A stretch of 60,424 nt of DNA, counting the filler, from Gonapodya sp. JEL0774 (lineage: Eukaryota), in assembly GCA_027604505.1 (NCBI GenBank). It is 12 parts of 12 records of this genome, joined end to end, with 100 filler letters (N's around TTAATTAATTAA, not from the genome) between each part and the next. Parts side by side here need not be neighbours in the genome. Positions count along the whole stretch, not along the records: positions 10,130 to 15,086 come from JADIIX010000813.1; positions 15,187 to 20,137 come from JADIIX010000814.1; positions 20,238 to 25,182 come from JADIIX010000815.1; 9 more parts are not named here. The stretch is one strand, 5' to 3'. The notes beneath the pieces were generated by a model that had not been told where the DNA came from, made no database searches, and saw only the letters and a list, made by a program, of their open reading frames with translations. The first letter of the stretch is position 1. The number at the start of each line of letters is the position of its first letter. Positions 11,501 to 22,236 of this stretch are shown piece by piece. The position numbers were made by a program, and so were the translations under genes.

Positions 11501-12890
11501 ATGTTAACTCATCTTTCGCGTCGACCGATACCCTGGCGCCGATTGGTACCGGGTGCTTTTTGGTCCCGATCCGGCGCATCTCAAATAATGGCGAGCCCGG
11601 TAGACGTTTCGCCTCCCACGTTCTTCCAGTCTCGTCTCACCTCCAACTACTCCCACAACCGCCAATCTCCACCCATGTCCGAGCCCCTCGTCGCTGCCAA
11701 CTGCTGCGCTACTACAATCGTCCCCTCGAACACCTATACTCCCAAGGGAACGTGAGTTTTGTTGTTCGATCGGTTGCACGATGTTTCGATTCCCTGCGAG
11801 CTGAAACTCTTCGAATCCAACTCGATCGCCAAACGACGGAATCAGATACGAGGACAATGCGGAACTGGGCTACAAGATTTACCAGACTTCGGCTGGTGCC
11901 AAGAGCAAAACGGTGTTGATTGACATCTATGATATCTGGTGAGCTGGGGGCTCAATCACGTCATTGCCCGATTTCCACAACGCCAAGACCGTCGGTTGAC
12001 GCTCTTGGTTTGTTTTCAAAGGGGATTCTCCAAACGAAACAACAACCTGCCGCAAGTTGCTGACAGCATTTCTCAGGGAACGGGCTTCCCAGGTGAGTGA
12101 AATGGCAGCCCCACACCCCCACCGGCGATCGGGTTTCCCACAAACATCTCACCATTCACCATAAAAATAAATTGCTTCCTCCTGTACCTCACTAGTCGTC
12201 ATTCCCGATGTTTTCCACGGTGCGGAGTTCACTCCTGAAATCTTCCAATCGGGAAAGATCATGCAATGGGTGAAGGAGAACGGAGATTGGGAGTCGTCGG
12301 TCAAGGGAGACTTGCAAAAGCTCGTCACGTATATCAAGAGGGAGTACGGCGCGACCAACATTGGCATCTTTGGATTCTGGTGAGTTTTGCGTGATTCTCT
12401 TACCCCATCCCGCGCTACTTTGCTCACCTCGGACGCATGGGGTATTACCTGTCGGTAGCTACGGTGGCAAGATTGTCGCCAAGGCCCTGGCCGAGCTCTA
12501 CCCAGACGTGTCTTCGGGCGCCCTGTTTCACCCGTCATTTCTTCAGGTGGAAGACGCGGACGTCATCAAGGGGCCTGTATGCCTCCTCCCATCAAAGGAT
12601 GAAGCGGAAGTTATCAGCGTAAGTTGCGTCTTAGGTCTTATAGTGGGGTCCGCTCGCGGCAACTGTCACGGAGCGATGTAACCCCTCGTCGTCGGTCCCA
12701 ACCCGTTCCCGTTCTCCTCGTACGGCATTCCGCACACTTCTCCAGACCACCTTCCTCGACACACTCAAGGCCAAACCGTTCGGCTCTCGCGTCGTCCACA
12801 AGCGTTTCACCGACATGTTCCACGGCTGGTCCGGCACCAGTGGCAACTTTGACGACCAGGTGAACAGGGAGAAGGCACAGGAGGCTATCG
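11501..12890 (+). CDS. Dienelactone hydrolase family protein, paralog B (last exon probably in the N gap)
   Basis: MSEPLVAANCC (ATG 11675; upstream in-frame ATG 11501)...VLIDIYDIWG...VVIPDVFHG...GIFGFCYGG (nucleophile Cys)...ALFHPSFL...PVCLLPSKDE...FTDMFHGW (catalytic His). Confidence 0.92.
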
Positions 12891-12948
12891 GTGAGTTTTA
12901 ACCTTGTCGTTGGGTCCCTCGCGTGGGATAGGGGAGGATGGGAAGCTT

Positions 12949-13046
12949 NNNNNNNNNNNNNNNNNNNNNNNNNNNNNNNNNNNNNNNNNNNNNNNNNNNN
13001 NNNNNNNNNNNNNNNNNNNNNNNNNNNNNNNNNNNNNNNNNNNNNN
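12949..13046. other. Internal scaffold gap (98 N, no linker motif)
   Basis: N run lacking TTAATTAATTAA, inside contig 3. Confidence 0.95.
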
Positions 13047-13479
13047 CGGGACACGACGAGAGGGGCGACTCAACATTATTTTCATGGAAAGTACAACACG
13101 CATTGAACGGGAATAGCACGAAGATAAAGAAAATGAAGAATCCAATTGTCATGGCACGCGGTCACCGTCGCCCAGCCCGCACAGAATTGACCCACACAAT
13201 ATAACAGAATCCAAAAGAAGCGATATAGAGGTAGAACACAGAAATCGAAGGGATGGGATCCAAAGTGTTGGTGTGTGGTCCCGACACTCCCAACGAGCCA
13301 CGCCCAGGCGAAACTTCAAACAGTCTGTGTGATATGCCACTATACACGACAGCCGATCGCAACCAGCGAGGGGATTTTTTTGCGAGTCCCGACCCGTCGA
13401 ACATCCGCATGCGCGCATGAATCAACCCCGCCTGGCACACCCAAGCTCGTGTCCGCACCTCGACCCTGGAACCACTCCC

Positions 13480-14970
13480 TCACACCTCCTCAGCCCTCGT
13501 TCCCATAACCCTCTCGCCCCCGAGACCGGAATCCACAACGCTCGCCGCCTGTCCGTGTTCCTGTCCCTGCTGATCGCCCGCCTCCGTCTGAAGCACGCCT
13601 TGCTCCAACCCGTCCCATGTACCGAGCACCCCGCCCATCTCCCTCCTCACGGCCTCAACAAGGGGTTGAGCCTCTTCGAGGTCCCGCGCCATGCCCTGGA
13701 CGTCCACGGGTACGGATCCGGCACCCGAACCGGAACCCGAACCGGCATCGCCACCGGCACCGGTGCGGGTGGACATGTGCCGTCCAATACGGCCGACGAC
13801 GGATTCGAGACGGCGGAGAGTCTCGGTGACGCGGGCGTTGGCGTCGCGGAGGCGGGCGAGGGGGTCGAGTAAGGGGTCGATTTCGAGGGTGTCGAGGGGG
13901 TCTGACGGAGTGGAGGAGGAGAGGAAGGTGTCGGCGAGGCCGAGGAGGCCAGTGGGGGAGAACGGGTCAGCGGTGCTGGTGCCAGTGTTGGTGTTGGCGT
14001 CGGTGTTTGCGGTGATCGGCACGGTCCCCGTCTCCCCGTCTGGACCTGCACTGGTCCCCGCTCCAGTCCCCGCGGCACTCCTTCTCACCCTCCTCCTCTC
14101 CTCTCTCTCCCTCGCCACTGTCTCAGTTTGTGCAGCTCTCGCGGCCTGCCGTGCCCTCCTCGCCTCGGCCATGCCCTCCTCCATCTCCTGTCTGCGCCGG
14201 GTCCGCTCCCGCCTGGTCCAGTCCAGCAGGTCGCTGCGGGACAGATATTCCCTCCAGCGCCGCTGGACCCGTCTGAGGTGTGAGCGGCAGTTTTCGCCAA
14301 GGACCAGACGGCCTGACACGCGGTACGGGGCCAAGAGGTCTGGTGCGGGACTACGAGCACCGTCATCGGGGCTCATGGGGTCGTACTCGCCGGTAGCGTC
14401 TGCGGCGCGGCAGGCACGACAGTTGCAGAAAGGCGCTCCAGGACGGCGGAGGCTCACGCGGGCAGCACGTTGTCTAGAGAGGCCGAAAGGGTTGCGGGAC
14501 ATGAGGTTGTCCATGGTGGGGTCGAATTCCGTGTCCATGCCGTCACCGTCGCCTTCGCCATCATCCGAGTCGGACCCGTCGTCGTAGTCCAAAAAGCTGG
14601 GAGCCATGAAGGCGGGTTCGTCCATCTCCATCCGCATGACCAGGCCGCGTCTCTGACCAGCCCCAGACCCGCCTCCGCCTGCCCCCGAGGCACCACCCCA
14701 GCCAGAAATCCTCCACGAGCCGATACGACCAGCTGTCCTGACGGGAGCCCTGTCCCCTGGTGCGACGGACCAGCCAGATATTCTCCCACCGGAGAGCAGA
14801 CCGGCAGCGGGACTAGCGAGGGCGGAAGGGAAGCCAAGTCCGCCTGCGCCAGCGACAGAAGAGTTTGCGACGACTTCGCGTATGGCAATGTCGATTTCGT
14901 TGTTGAAGGGGAGATTGAACGGGACACCGGGAATCAGCGACGACACGGGGAACGGCGGCATGAAGGACAT
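13480..14970 (-). CDS. Hypothetical GC-rich, low-complexity protein (496-aa ORF; may be the last exon of a larger gene)
   Basis: Long stop-free ORF with Gly/Ala-rich tracts, an acidic patch, a FCNCRAC Cys cluster and an Arg/Glu coiled-coil-like segment. No family recognised. Confidence 0.6.
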   Translation of the reverse strand: MSFMPPFPVSSLIPGVPFNLPFNNEIDIAIREVVANSSVAGAGGLGFPSALASPAAGLLSGGRISGWSVAPGDRAPVRTAGRIGSWRISGWGGASGAGGGGSGAGQRRGLVMRMEMDEPAFMAPSFLDYDDGSDSDDGEGDGDGMDTEFDPTMDNLMSRNPFGLSRQRAARVSLRRPGAPFCNCRACRAADATGEYDPMSPDDGARSPAPDLLAPYRVSGRLVLGENCRSHLRRVQRRWREYLSRSDLLDWTRRERTRRRQEMEEGMAEARRARQAARAAQTETVAREREERRRVRRSAAGTGAGTSAGPDGETGTVPITANTDANTNTGTSTADPFSPTGLLGLADTFLSSSTPSDPLDTLEIDPLLDPLARLRDANARVTETLRRLESVVGRIGRHMSTRTGAGGDAGSGSGSGAGSVPVDVQGMARDLEEAQPLVEAVRREMGGVLGTWDGLEQGVLQTEAGDQQGQEHGQAASVVDSGLGGERVMGTRAEEV

Positions 14971-15464
14971 CGCAAGTGGAGTTGACTGCAGTTGACTGAA
15001 GGGGGGAAAATAATGGAGAACAACCGGAACAAGGCGGGGGTTGGAGTTCGGCTGAGCTCAGAGTGGTTGCAGGGCGTGTGGGCGACNNNNNNNNNNNNNN
15101 NNNNNNNNNNNNNNNNNNNNNNNNNNNNNNTTAATTAATTAANNNNNNNNNNNNNNNNNNNNNNNNNNNNNNNNNNNNNNNNNNNNCTGCTCAGCCATTG
15201 AACGAGTCCAACCTTGCCGACGACATCCATGGGCAACCCTTGTACAACAAAACTATCGACATGTACTACCAAGGGCCCACTGCAGGGGACCTTGGACCAG
15301 AGGAGGTCAGCCCACCACCAGCACCGCACTTCAACCTTCAACAGCTGAGTCCGACACCTCCGACTTCAGATTCGCTTCAGGTCTCAGTGCCAGGGTCTGA
15401 GTGTCGCTGATTTCACAGCGACACCTTGCCGGGAGGAGGAGAGGGGGAGCCAGGTGGGACGGAT

Positions 15465-15583
15465 AATTTGCTTTGTGCTAAAGAAGGCAGCTTTTATGTT
15501 GCAGAAGTAATAAGTAACTCAGAGAATATGCTTTGCACTCAAGAGGGCGCTGTTTATGTCGGGTATGTAATATGTAATCAGAG
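15465..15583. repeat. Diverged 60-bp tandem duplication
   Basis: aatttgctttgtgctaaagaaggcagcttttatgttgcagaagtaataagtaactcagag followed by aatatgctttgcactcaagagggcgctgtttatgtcgggtatgtaatatgtaatcagag. Confidence 0.8.
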
Positions 15584-15599
15584 TGAAGTTTGCAGTGAC

Positions 15600-17600
15600 T
15601 GAGTCATGCCCGTGCAGCCCATCTTTACTGGATTAATTCGGCAGGTTGATTGATTGGAAGACAACGAACTTACATTCTTGGAGAACGAAAAGGATAGATT
15701 TCCCACATCGTGTTGTTTTGATATTTCGTAGAAGGAGAAGGCCAAGCTGGACGGCGATGCAATTATAAGTTGATGACAGAAAGTGCTCACAAGGCGTCCC
15801 ACTGTGTACGTTGTCTCTCTCCACGAATCAGCCACCCCTCGGACGACTGGTTCAGAATGCAGAACGCAACCGCTCATCCCCTGCAAGAATTCCTCGGTCT
15901 CTATGCTTTCAGCAACGACCTGACGGGTGAAGACGGACCACTTTTACAAATCAACACCACACACAAAACAAAGTGACAGAACGTTTTGCGGAGAAGAAAG
16001 CAAATCAGTGGGACAATAGTTTTTTGTCAGCTGTATTGACGATTAGCCGACGAGAGTTCCCTCATGGTTATGGAAGTTTGAAGAACAGAGTCACGAGGGC
16101 CCCGAAAGTAAACGATCAACTAGAGGCAGACTGTCTAGTCTTTGTGCAAATCGCTTTAGTCCTAATGCTATTAGACGAAGGTGAGGAAGTCGGAGTGACG
16201 AAGATGACAGCACATTCAATGGCGAGCCTACGAGTCCTCTGTCTCTGATGGCGGGGTTTCGACCATCACGATAATTCGGAATGTCGTGATATAGGACAAT
16301 TTTGTTCCGTGAATGCCAGGCGCGACCTGTTTCTCTCGGGGCCATAAGTGCACCAGGTCGAGCTCGATAGTCCATTTCCACCCCACACGAAAGGCTCTTC
16401 CACCGCGTATTCCGTGGAATAGTACATGTCGATGGGTGGATTCAATCACTCACATGTCTTCTCAGGTTCCTGCTTGACCAGGTTCAACATGGATTTTCGA
16501 ACACGTGTTCGACCTGGTCCTCGCATTCAATTCGAAGCGGATCGCGGTCCGAGTGGGGAAATTATACTCGCCAAATGACGATTTATGGCTGTGTGGATTT
16601 GGAGATGAACATGTCAAGTTATTGGGTCAGAGACCCTGTCGCAACGAGTTTGCAAAGGCCATCAACCTTTGTTGTCCCCTCCCCATAAGCTCAAGCAAAG
16701 CTTGCACTCCCGTCCCTAACAATAATATGTAGAAAGCTCTTGTTAGGTAGTTCTGCGTTTATTCGCATAAACCCACCGTGTCCGCCGCCCACAGCACAAT
16801 CACGTGACGCTGTGGCCTTCCCCCACAGCACCACAGCACGCACTCCACAGCCTCTTCGAGAAATCCAACACCGTACTTCCGCCTTCAGGTTTAGCGGTTA
16901 TCGGCGAGCGTTTTCAGATGCTGTGGTCTGAGTAACATCCTCTGAGGAAAGGAATCGCTGGGATGGGCGAACCGGCGACGAGGATGGCAGAATGTTCTTG
17001 CTTCTCCATCTTCCGAAAGGGGAGGTGATGACGCCTGAATACATGGAAAGCAGATGACTCATCTTTCCTAGGTGTGTTAACCAACCTAGTAGGTCTATTG
17101 TACTAGATTCTGCGCTAGGAAGCAAGAGAAACTGTGTTAGGACGCAATAGCAGTGATGTGTAACACCGACATACTGATGCATCGTCCTGCGGTGAATTCA
17201 ACTATTTTGTCGTCCACGCCTTTGGTTCGCAAAACAGCACATTTTATATCGAAATATGAGCACTCCCTGGTCTGGGGCCTCGTTACAAGAGTGAAATCTG
17301 GCACCCCGGTGGTGCTTGGAGAGCATTTCGTGAAGCGGAAGCTCTCACCCGTGTGCGATTCCCTCAACATTCGAGGCCGTCAGAATCATTCATTTTTAGA
17401 AAGGGATCGGAATATTATGTTTTCTTCTACCTCGCTCTTGAATCCCAGAGCACCAAGGTTAAGTTCAAATTCGGTCTTGAATTGCGTCCTCCACAGGTGC
17501 TCACGGGGAATTCATCAAGGCCCACATATATTCCCACTACCTGGAGAGTAACTTTAGGGGTGGCTCTGGTTTGTTCAGCGGGCAACCACATGGTCAACGG
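15600..17600 (-). mobile_element. Possible decayed DNA-transposase relic (CACTA/Plavaka-like), very tentative
   Basis: No long ORF. Frame-broken minus-strand fragments YVGLDEF..., NLGALGFKSEVEENIIFRSL, SVCRCY and FLHII/LLG occur in an order reminiscent of these transposases. No terminal repeats seen. Confidence 0.2.
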
Positions 17601-18117
17601 AATACGCCAACTGGGCCCAAACATGAGAGAATATGACAGAGACAAGCGCACCAGCGAGTCAAAAATAACCGTGCTGAAGCAACGTTGATGCGAACGAGAT
17701 GCGTGTGTGTGTGGGAAATGGGGTTTGAAACATCTCTGTTCCCTGCACGGCACAGCACCACCGACCACCAAACACCCTCTCAATCAGGCGAAAATCACAC
17801 GTCCTTCAATTTTGAGCTTCAAACGGCCCGAATACACTAAGATTCAGATTAGAAAACGAAATACAAGTGCATGCTGCAGCGTTGTGATTCTCTAAACATT
17901 GTGCGCCGATTACCCCTGTTGTGCCACCCCGAAAGGTACCGTAGAATAGAGATTATGAAAAGAAGACAACAATAACGACAAGAATAAGGTGGTAGATGCA
18001 GATGACGAAACTGAAAAGTACTGCGTCCGGGTCCCGTGTCCTGCACGGTTTTTCACGTGTCTAGCCTGTCCGTCGCCCTCTCCCATCCGCCTCCGACCTA
18101 CCCACCGCCTCACCTCC

Positions 18118-20137
18118 TCACCTCCACACCCCAAAGTAATCCCTCCTCGCCCCGTCCACCACCCCGGCAGACAACGCACCCGCGCCACCCGCCGCCGCCG
18201 CCCTCCCCCCGCCCGCGCGAGCCATCTGCTGGCGCACCCACTGGGTCTCCAGCGCCATCTTGACGTCGAAGCCGAGGTCGGGCACTTGGCGGGTGAGGTT
18301 CGCGTTTTCGCCCGCCTGTGGCGTCGGCGCACCCGCACCCGCACCGTGGTCATGCTCCCTTTCGCGCCACTGGTGCCCCGGCCGAGCCACGAACGCGGCC
18401 GAAGGACCCTGCCATGTCACGTCTCCCGCGCGTTGGATCTGCCTGATGAGGATCTCTGGGTCGCTGTTGTTCCGGTGGGGGTGGGGGTGGGGGTATGAGA
18501 TGGGGATGGGCGTCGGAGTGATGGCGGATGGGGTGGTGGCGGTGGTCGTGGTCGTGGTCGGACCCAGGTGGGATGTCGAGACGGTGGTGACGGTGGAGAC
18601 GGGGGAGGGGGAGAGGTGCGACGAGGTCTGGGGCGTCCACGTCCACGAAGGGGGAGACCAGAGGGAGTGCTGCTGGTACGGTGTGTGTGCGTGTGTGTGG
18701 AGGTGTGGGTGTGCGGGCCCACACCACGGCGACGGCGATCCCACCATCATCGTCCGGGTCCTGTGGTGGAAAGTCTCATTTACGGTGGAGTTGGGGTTGT
18801 CCACCGGCGGCGGCGGTGGTGGTGGGCGTGCGTACGCTGCGTGGTGCGAGTCCCCACCGTACCCCGCCGCAAGTGCCAGTGACCCGACCAACCCCGCACC
18901 CGCACCCGCACCCACACCCACACCCACACCCAGTGCCGCCGCCGTTTGCACCGCCGTCACCGTGCCCATTTCCGCGTCCCCGTCCGCGTCCCCCACACAA
19001 ACGGGGTACGTTGCCACGGGGTACGTGGTGCACAGCATGGGGTCGTCGAGGAACCCTAGGAGAGCAACGTCGAGGGGTGAGAGGGGTAAGAGCGGGGAAG
19101 GGGATGCTGATGCTGTGGCGGCGGTGGTCGTGGCGGAGACCATGCCGGCCGGGAAGGGGAAGGAAAAGGGGAAGGCGGAGGGGGAGGGGAAGGCGGAGGT
19201 GTGGGCGGGAGGGGTGCGGGTGCTCCGAGGGTCCATCCTGTGTGCCGTGGTGGAGTTTGAGTGGCCAGAGGAGGTGTATGGTGGCGGTGTGAGGGGGGGA
19301 GGCGGGAATAGGTGGGCCGTCGTCGTGGTGGCGGGGTGTGGTTGTGTGTGAGAGCCGACCTGCCCCCCCATCATGTCACACCTCTGGAGACTCGCACCGG
19401 GACTCGGACTCGCGCCGGTCAAGGATGGGAAGGACTGGAGGCCCCAGTACGGGGGTGGTGGTGTGGAGAGGGAGGGTGTGGTGGGGAGCGGGAGCGGGAG
19501 CGGTGTGGAGGTCCTGCGCACGAGGGGGGCAACATGGGTGGGGGAGGAAAAAGTTTTTTCACAAACCAAACCAAACGCCGAGCGTAGTAACAAAAAAAAA
19601 ACAGAAGCGAAAAAAAAAAAGGTGTCCGACAACTCACGGTACGTTGTGCACCCTTGGAGTGGGTGGGTGTGGGTGGTGGACGTGGGCGGCCACCTCCACC
19701 TGGACCTCCACCTGGAGCTCGACCGTGTCCCCTCGCCGATGCCCCCCGTGCCCGTGCCCGTGCCCGTGCTCGTCCCATCCCTCGTCGTGGCTCTGTCTCT
19801 GTCTCTCGCTCTCCACATAACCGTCCGATGGTGAGTTACGCACAGACCCGTCGTGACCCTCGTCGGCGTCCGCGTGGGCGGCGGCCGGCAGCACGGCGGG
19901 TCTGGTCCCCGACTTGGACTTGGACTTTTTCGTGGTCCTCCTCGCATCCTCCGTCCCCCTCGTGCTGCGTCGGGGCACGTACTCGGCCATGTCCCACCGG
20001 GGCGTGGGCACCGGGCTCGAGTCCGAGTCCGAATCCGAGTCGGAGGAGGAGGAGGAGGACGAGGACGACTGGTCGGTCTCGGAGAACTCGATCACGACGG
20101 GATGGGAACGGGCGGACACGGACACGGACACGGATCC
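18118..20137 (-). CDS. 3' part of a hypothetical low-complexity (Pro/Thr/His/Ser-rich) protein
   Basis: Open frames 19634-20131 and 18118-~19500, separated by an intron-like T-rich stretch (~19520-19640). Many dipeptide microsatellite repeats. No family recognised. Confidence 0.55.
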
Positions 20138-22236
20138 NNNNNNNNNNNNNNNNNNNNNNNNNNNNNNNNNNNNNNNNNNNNTTAATTAATTAANNNNNNN
20201 NNNNNNNNNNNNNNNNNNNNNNNNNNNNNNNNNNNNNTTGCAGCGAGATACTTCGAAAGCCGAGATGAGCATTATTCTGTCACCAATCCGTGCTGTCGAG
20301 TGGTTTCATTTACCCAATGTCGAAGTCTTTGATCATGTGGTCGATGTTCAGTTATAACACATCAGCGGTTTTGGTGTATGTTGCGTAACACATTTCGAGG
20401 CCGAGCGCATATTGCGTTCAATATGTGGTGGTTGCATGATGCCGATGACTGGTCTTTGCGAAATGGTCTGGTCTTGAAGAGCGTGTACAGAAGGGGGCAA
20501 AGACACCTATCAACATTGTACGACAGTGGCATACAAATATTTATAGATACATCAATAGGCAAGCTTTTAGCCACTTCGCCGTTTAGAGACGGACAACATT
20601 TTTCCATGGTGTGCGACATAAAGCCACCTCAGTTTGCTCCCCATGACTAAGCACTACATATGACCACTCTCGACAATCACTGGCTCCTCTATGCTGCTTC
20701 GCGGACACTCCTTCACAGTCTCTTCTCTAACAGGTGTTCCGGACCTGCACTACAGAACCGGTGGCGTTCCTCAATCCTGTTTCCTGAGGTACAACCGACA
20801 TCGCTTCCTCCAACCTCTAACCCACGGCGAAGCGCCAATGTGCGCAAACACGTATGGTGCATGAAGAGACACGGTCTATTCAGTCCCTTCCAGCCACATT
20901 CAAGTCTCTGATGCCAGTCAGATCAACCACGCAACGACTCGAGCTTTCAGGCGCCAGGGAAGGAGACGGAATAGAGATTGTGTGGGCGATGGATTCAGCT
21001 CGGGCGCCTCCAAACAGAAGGACCCGATCGGCCGCCTCCGATACCTGCGACCACAGCAACTGTTGATCAGCTGACCCATTGACTTGAACACAACACAAAC
21101 GTTCTTTGTTGGCGCTGCATTATGATCACTTGGCGCACACCAATGGGAACGTCATCTTAGCATCACGTGCTCTCATGTTGATATCGCCATATCCGCTTCT
21201 CGCATCTCACTTTCTCAGAACGTCTGATTCCCTCTTGTCCGCCTCCCTGTCTCCCGTGTGATGCAATGAGACCATCAAATTGGAGATTTCCGCGTTGATG
21301 TCCCACAATCATCTCCTGTTTTCTTGCCGACCTTGCTCGCCTCTCAAGTCTCCCCTCTCCCATGTTCTCCGATCGCAACATCGCTCCTCCTAAATGTGCA
21401 GAAAGCTAACATTGCTGCTCGAGAAGCAGAAAACGAAGTTTGTAACACGGATTATTTATAAGCGCGCGAAGGTGGGCAGGACGACCAATGTAGTTAGTTG
21501 CAGAGAGTCATGGGGAGCGAAAGGATGAAGCTTCCCACACCGCGAGTCGTCATCTGGTCAAATGTAAAGGCAAATGCCGCCCCAGGAGTATACAATACCA
21601 GCTATGTATTCTGTACTTTAATTCAATATTCCACTGCATTCAATGTCTTGTCCCACAAAACAACGTGTATGCGGTAACCACACAAATACAGCAGAGTCCC
21701 TCAACGAAAATAGAGTTTCTTATCCGTTGCACTCTCGCTTCGAATCACCGAAAAAGCTATTTCCGGTGAACCTTTTCGCATCTCCCTGCAATGGATTCTC
21801 TCTCCAACAGCTCCGCATGGCTTGCACGGACTTCAAAAGCCGGTACCTGAGCTTCGACTGAGCAAACGTAAAAGGAAAGGCTTTTCGGTGTTCCCAAAGA
21901 AAGACAGGCAAAGACTGGTGAGGGAGAAAACGTCCCAGAATCGCTATTGACTCAGCAATGCCCGGTAACGGACAAGGAAAGAGAGCTATATCGAAACAAC
22001 TTCTGAGAAACAAAAGCCCTAGGGAAAAAGTAGGATAAAAATGTTGCCTGAGAGGCAATCTGATAATTGAAAGTGAAAGTGATTCCTGCGCTATTCTGAA
22101 GGGTTGGCTGGGGGTACTACAACCATTGATTCGCAAACCAAAAGCATCTGATTTGAGCGCATTTCCCCCGTATCTAGCACCGCATCAAGCGCGCTCGGTC
22201 GGCTTCTTTAATCTGCGCCGTAAAGTTTTTCCAGCC

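Noticed and set aside
17910..20193. Many long overlapping ORFs on both strands (also 13400-15000, 27400-28300, 31100-33900)
   Set aside because: Expected from high GC content and hexamer microsatellites that lack stop codons; one frame explains each region.
20238..22100. Short ORFs upstream of CTF4 (likewise 25283-27300 and 37600-39000)
   Set aside because: No recognisable motifs or consistent exon chain, so I cannot support a gene call.
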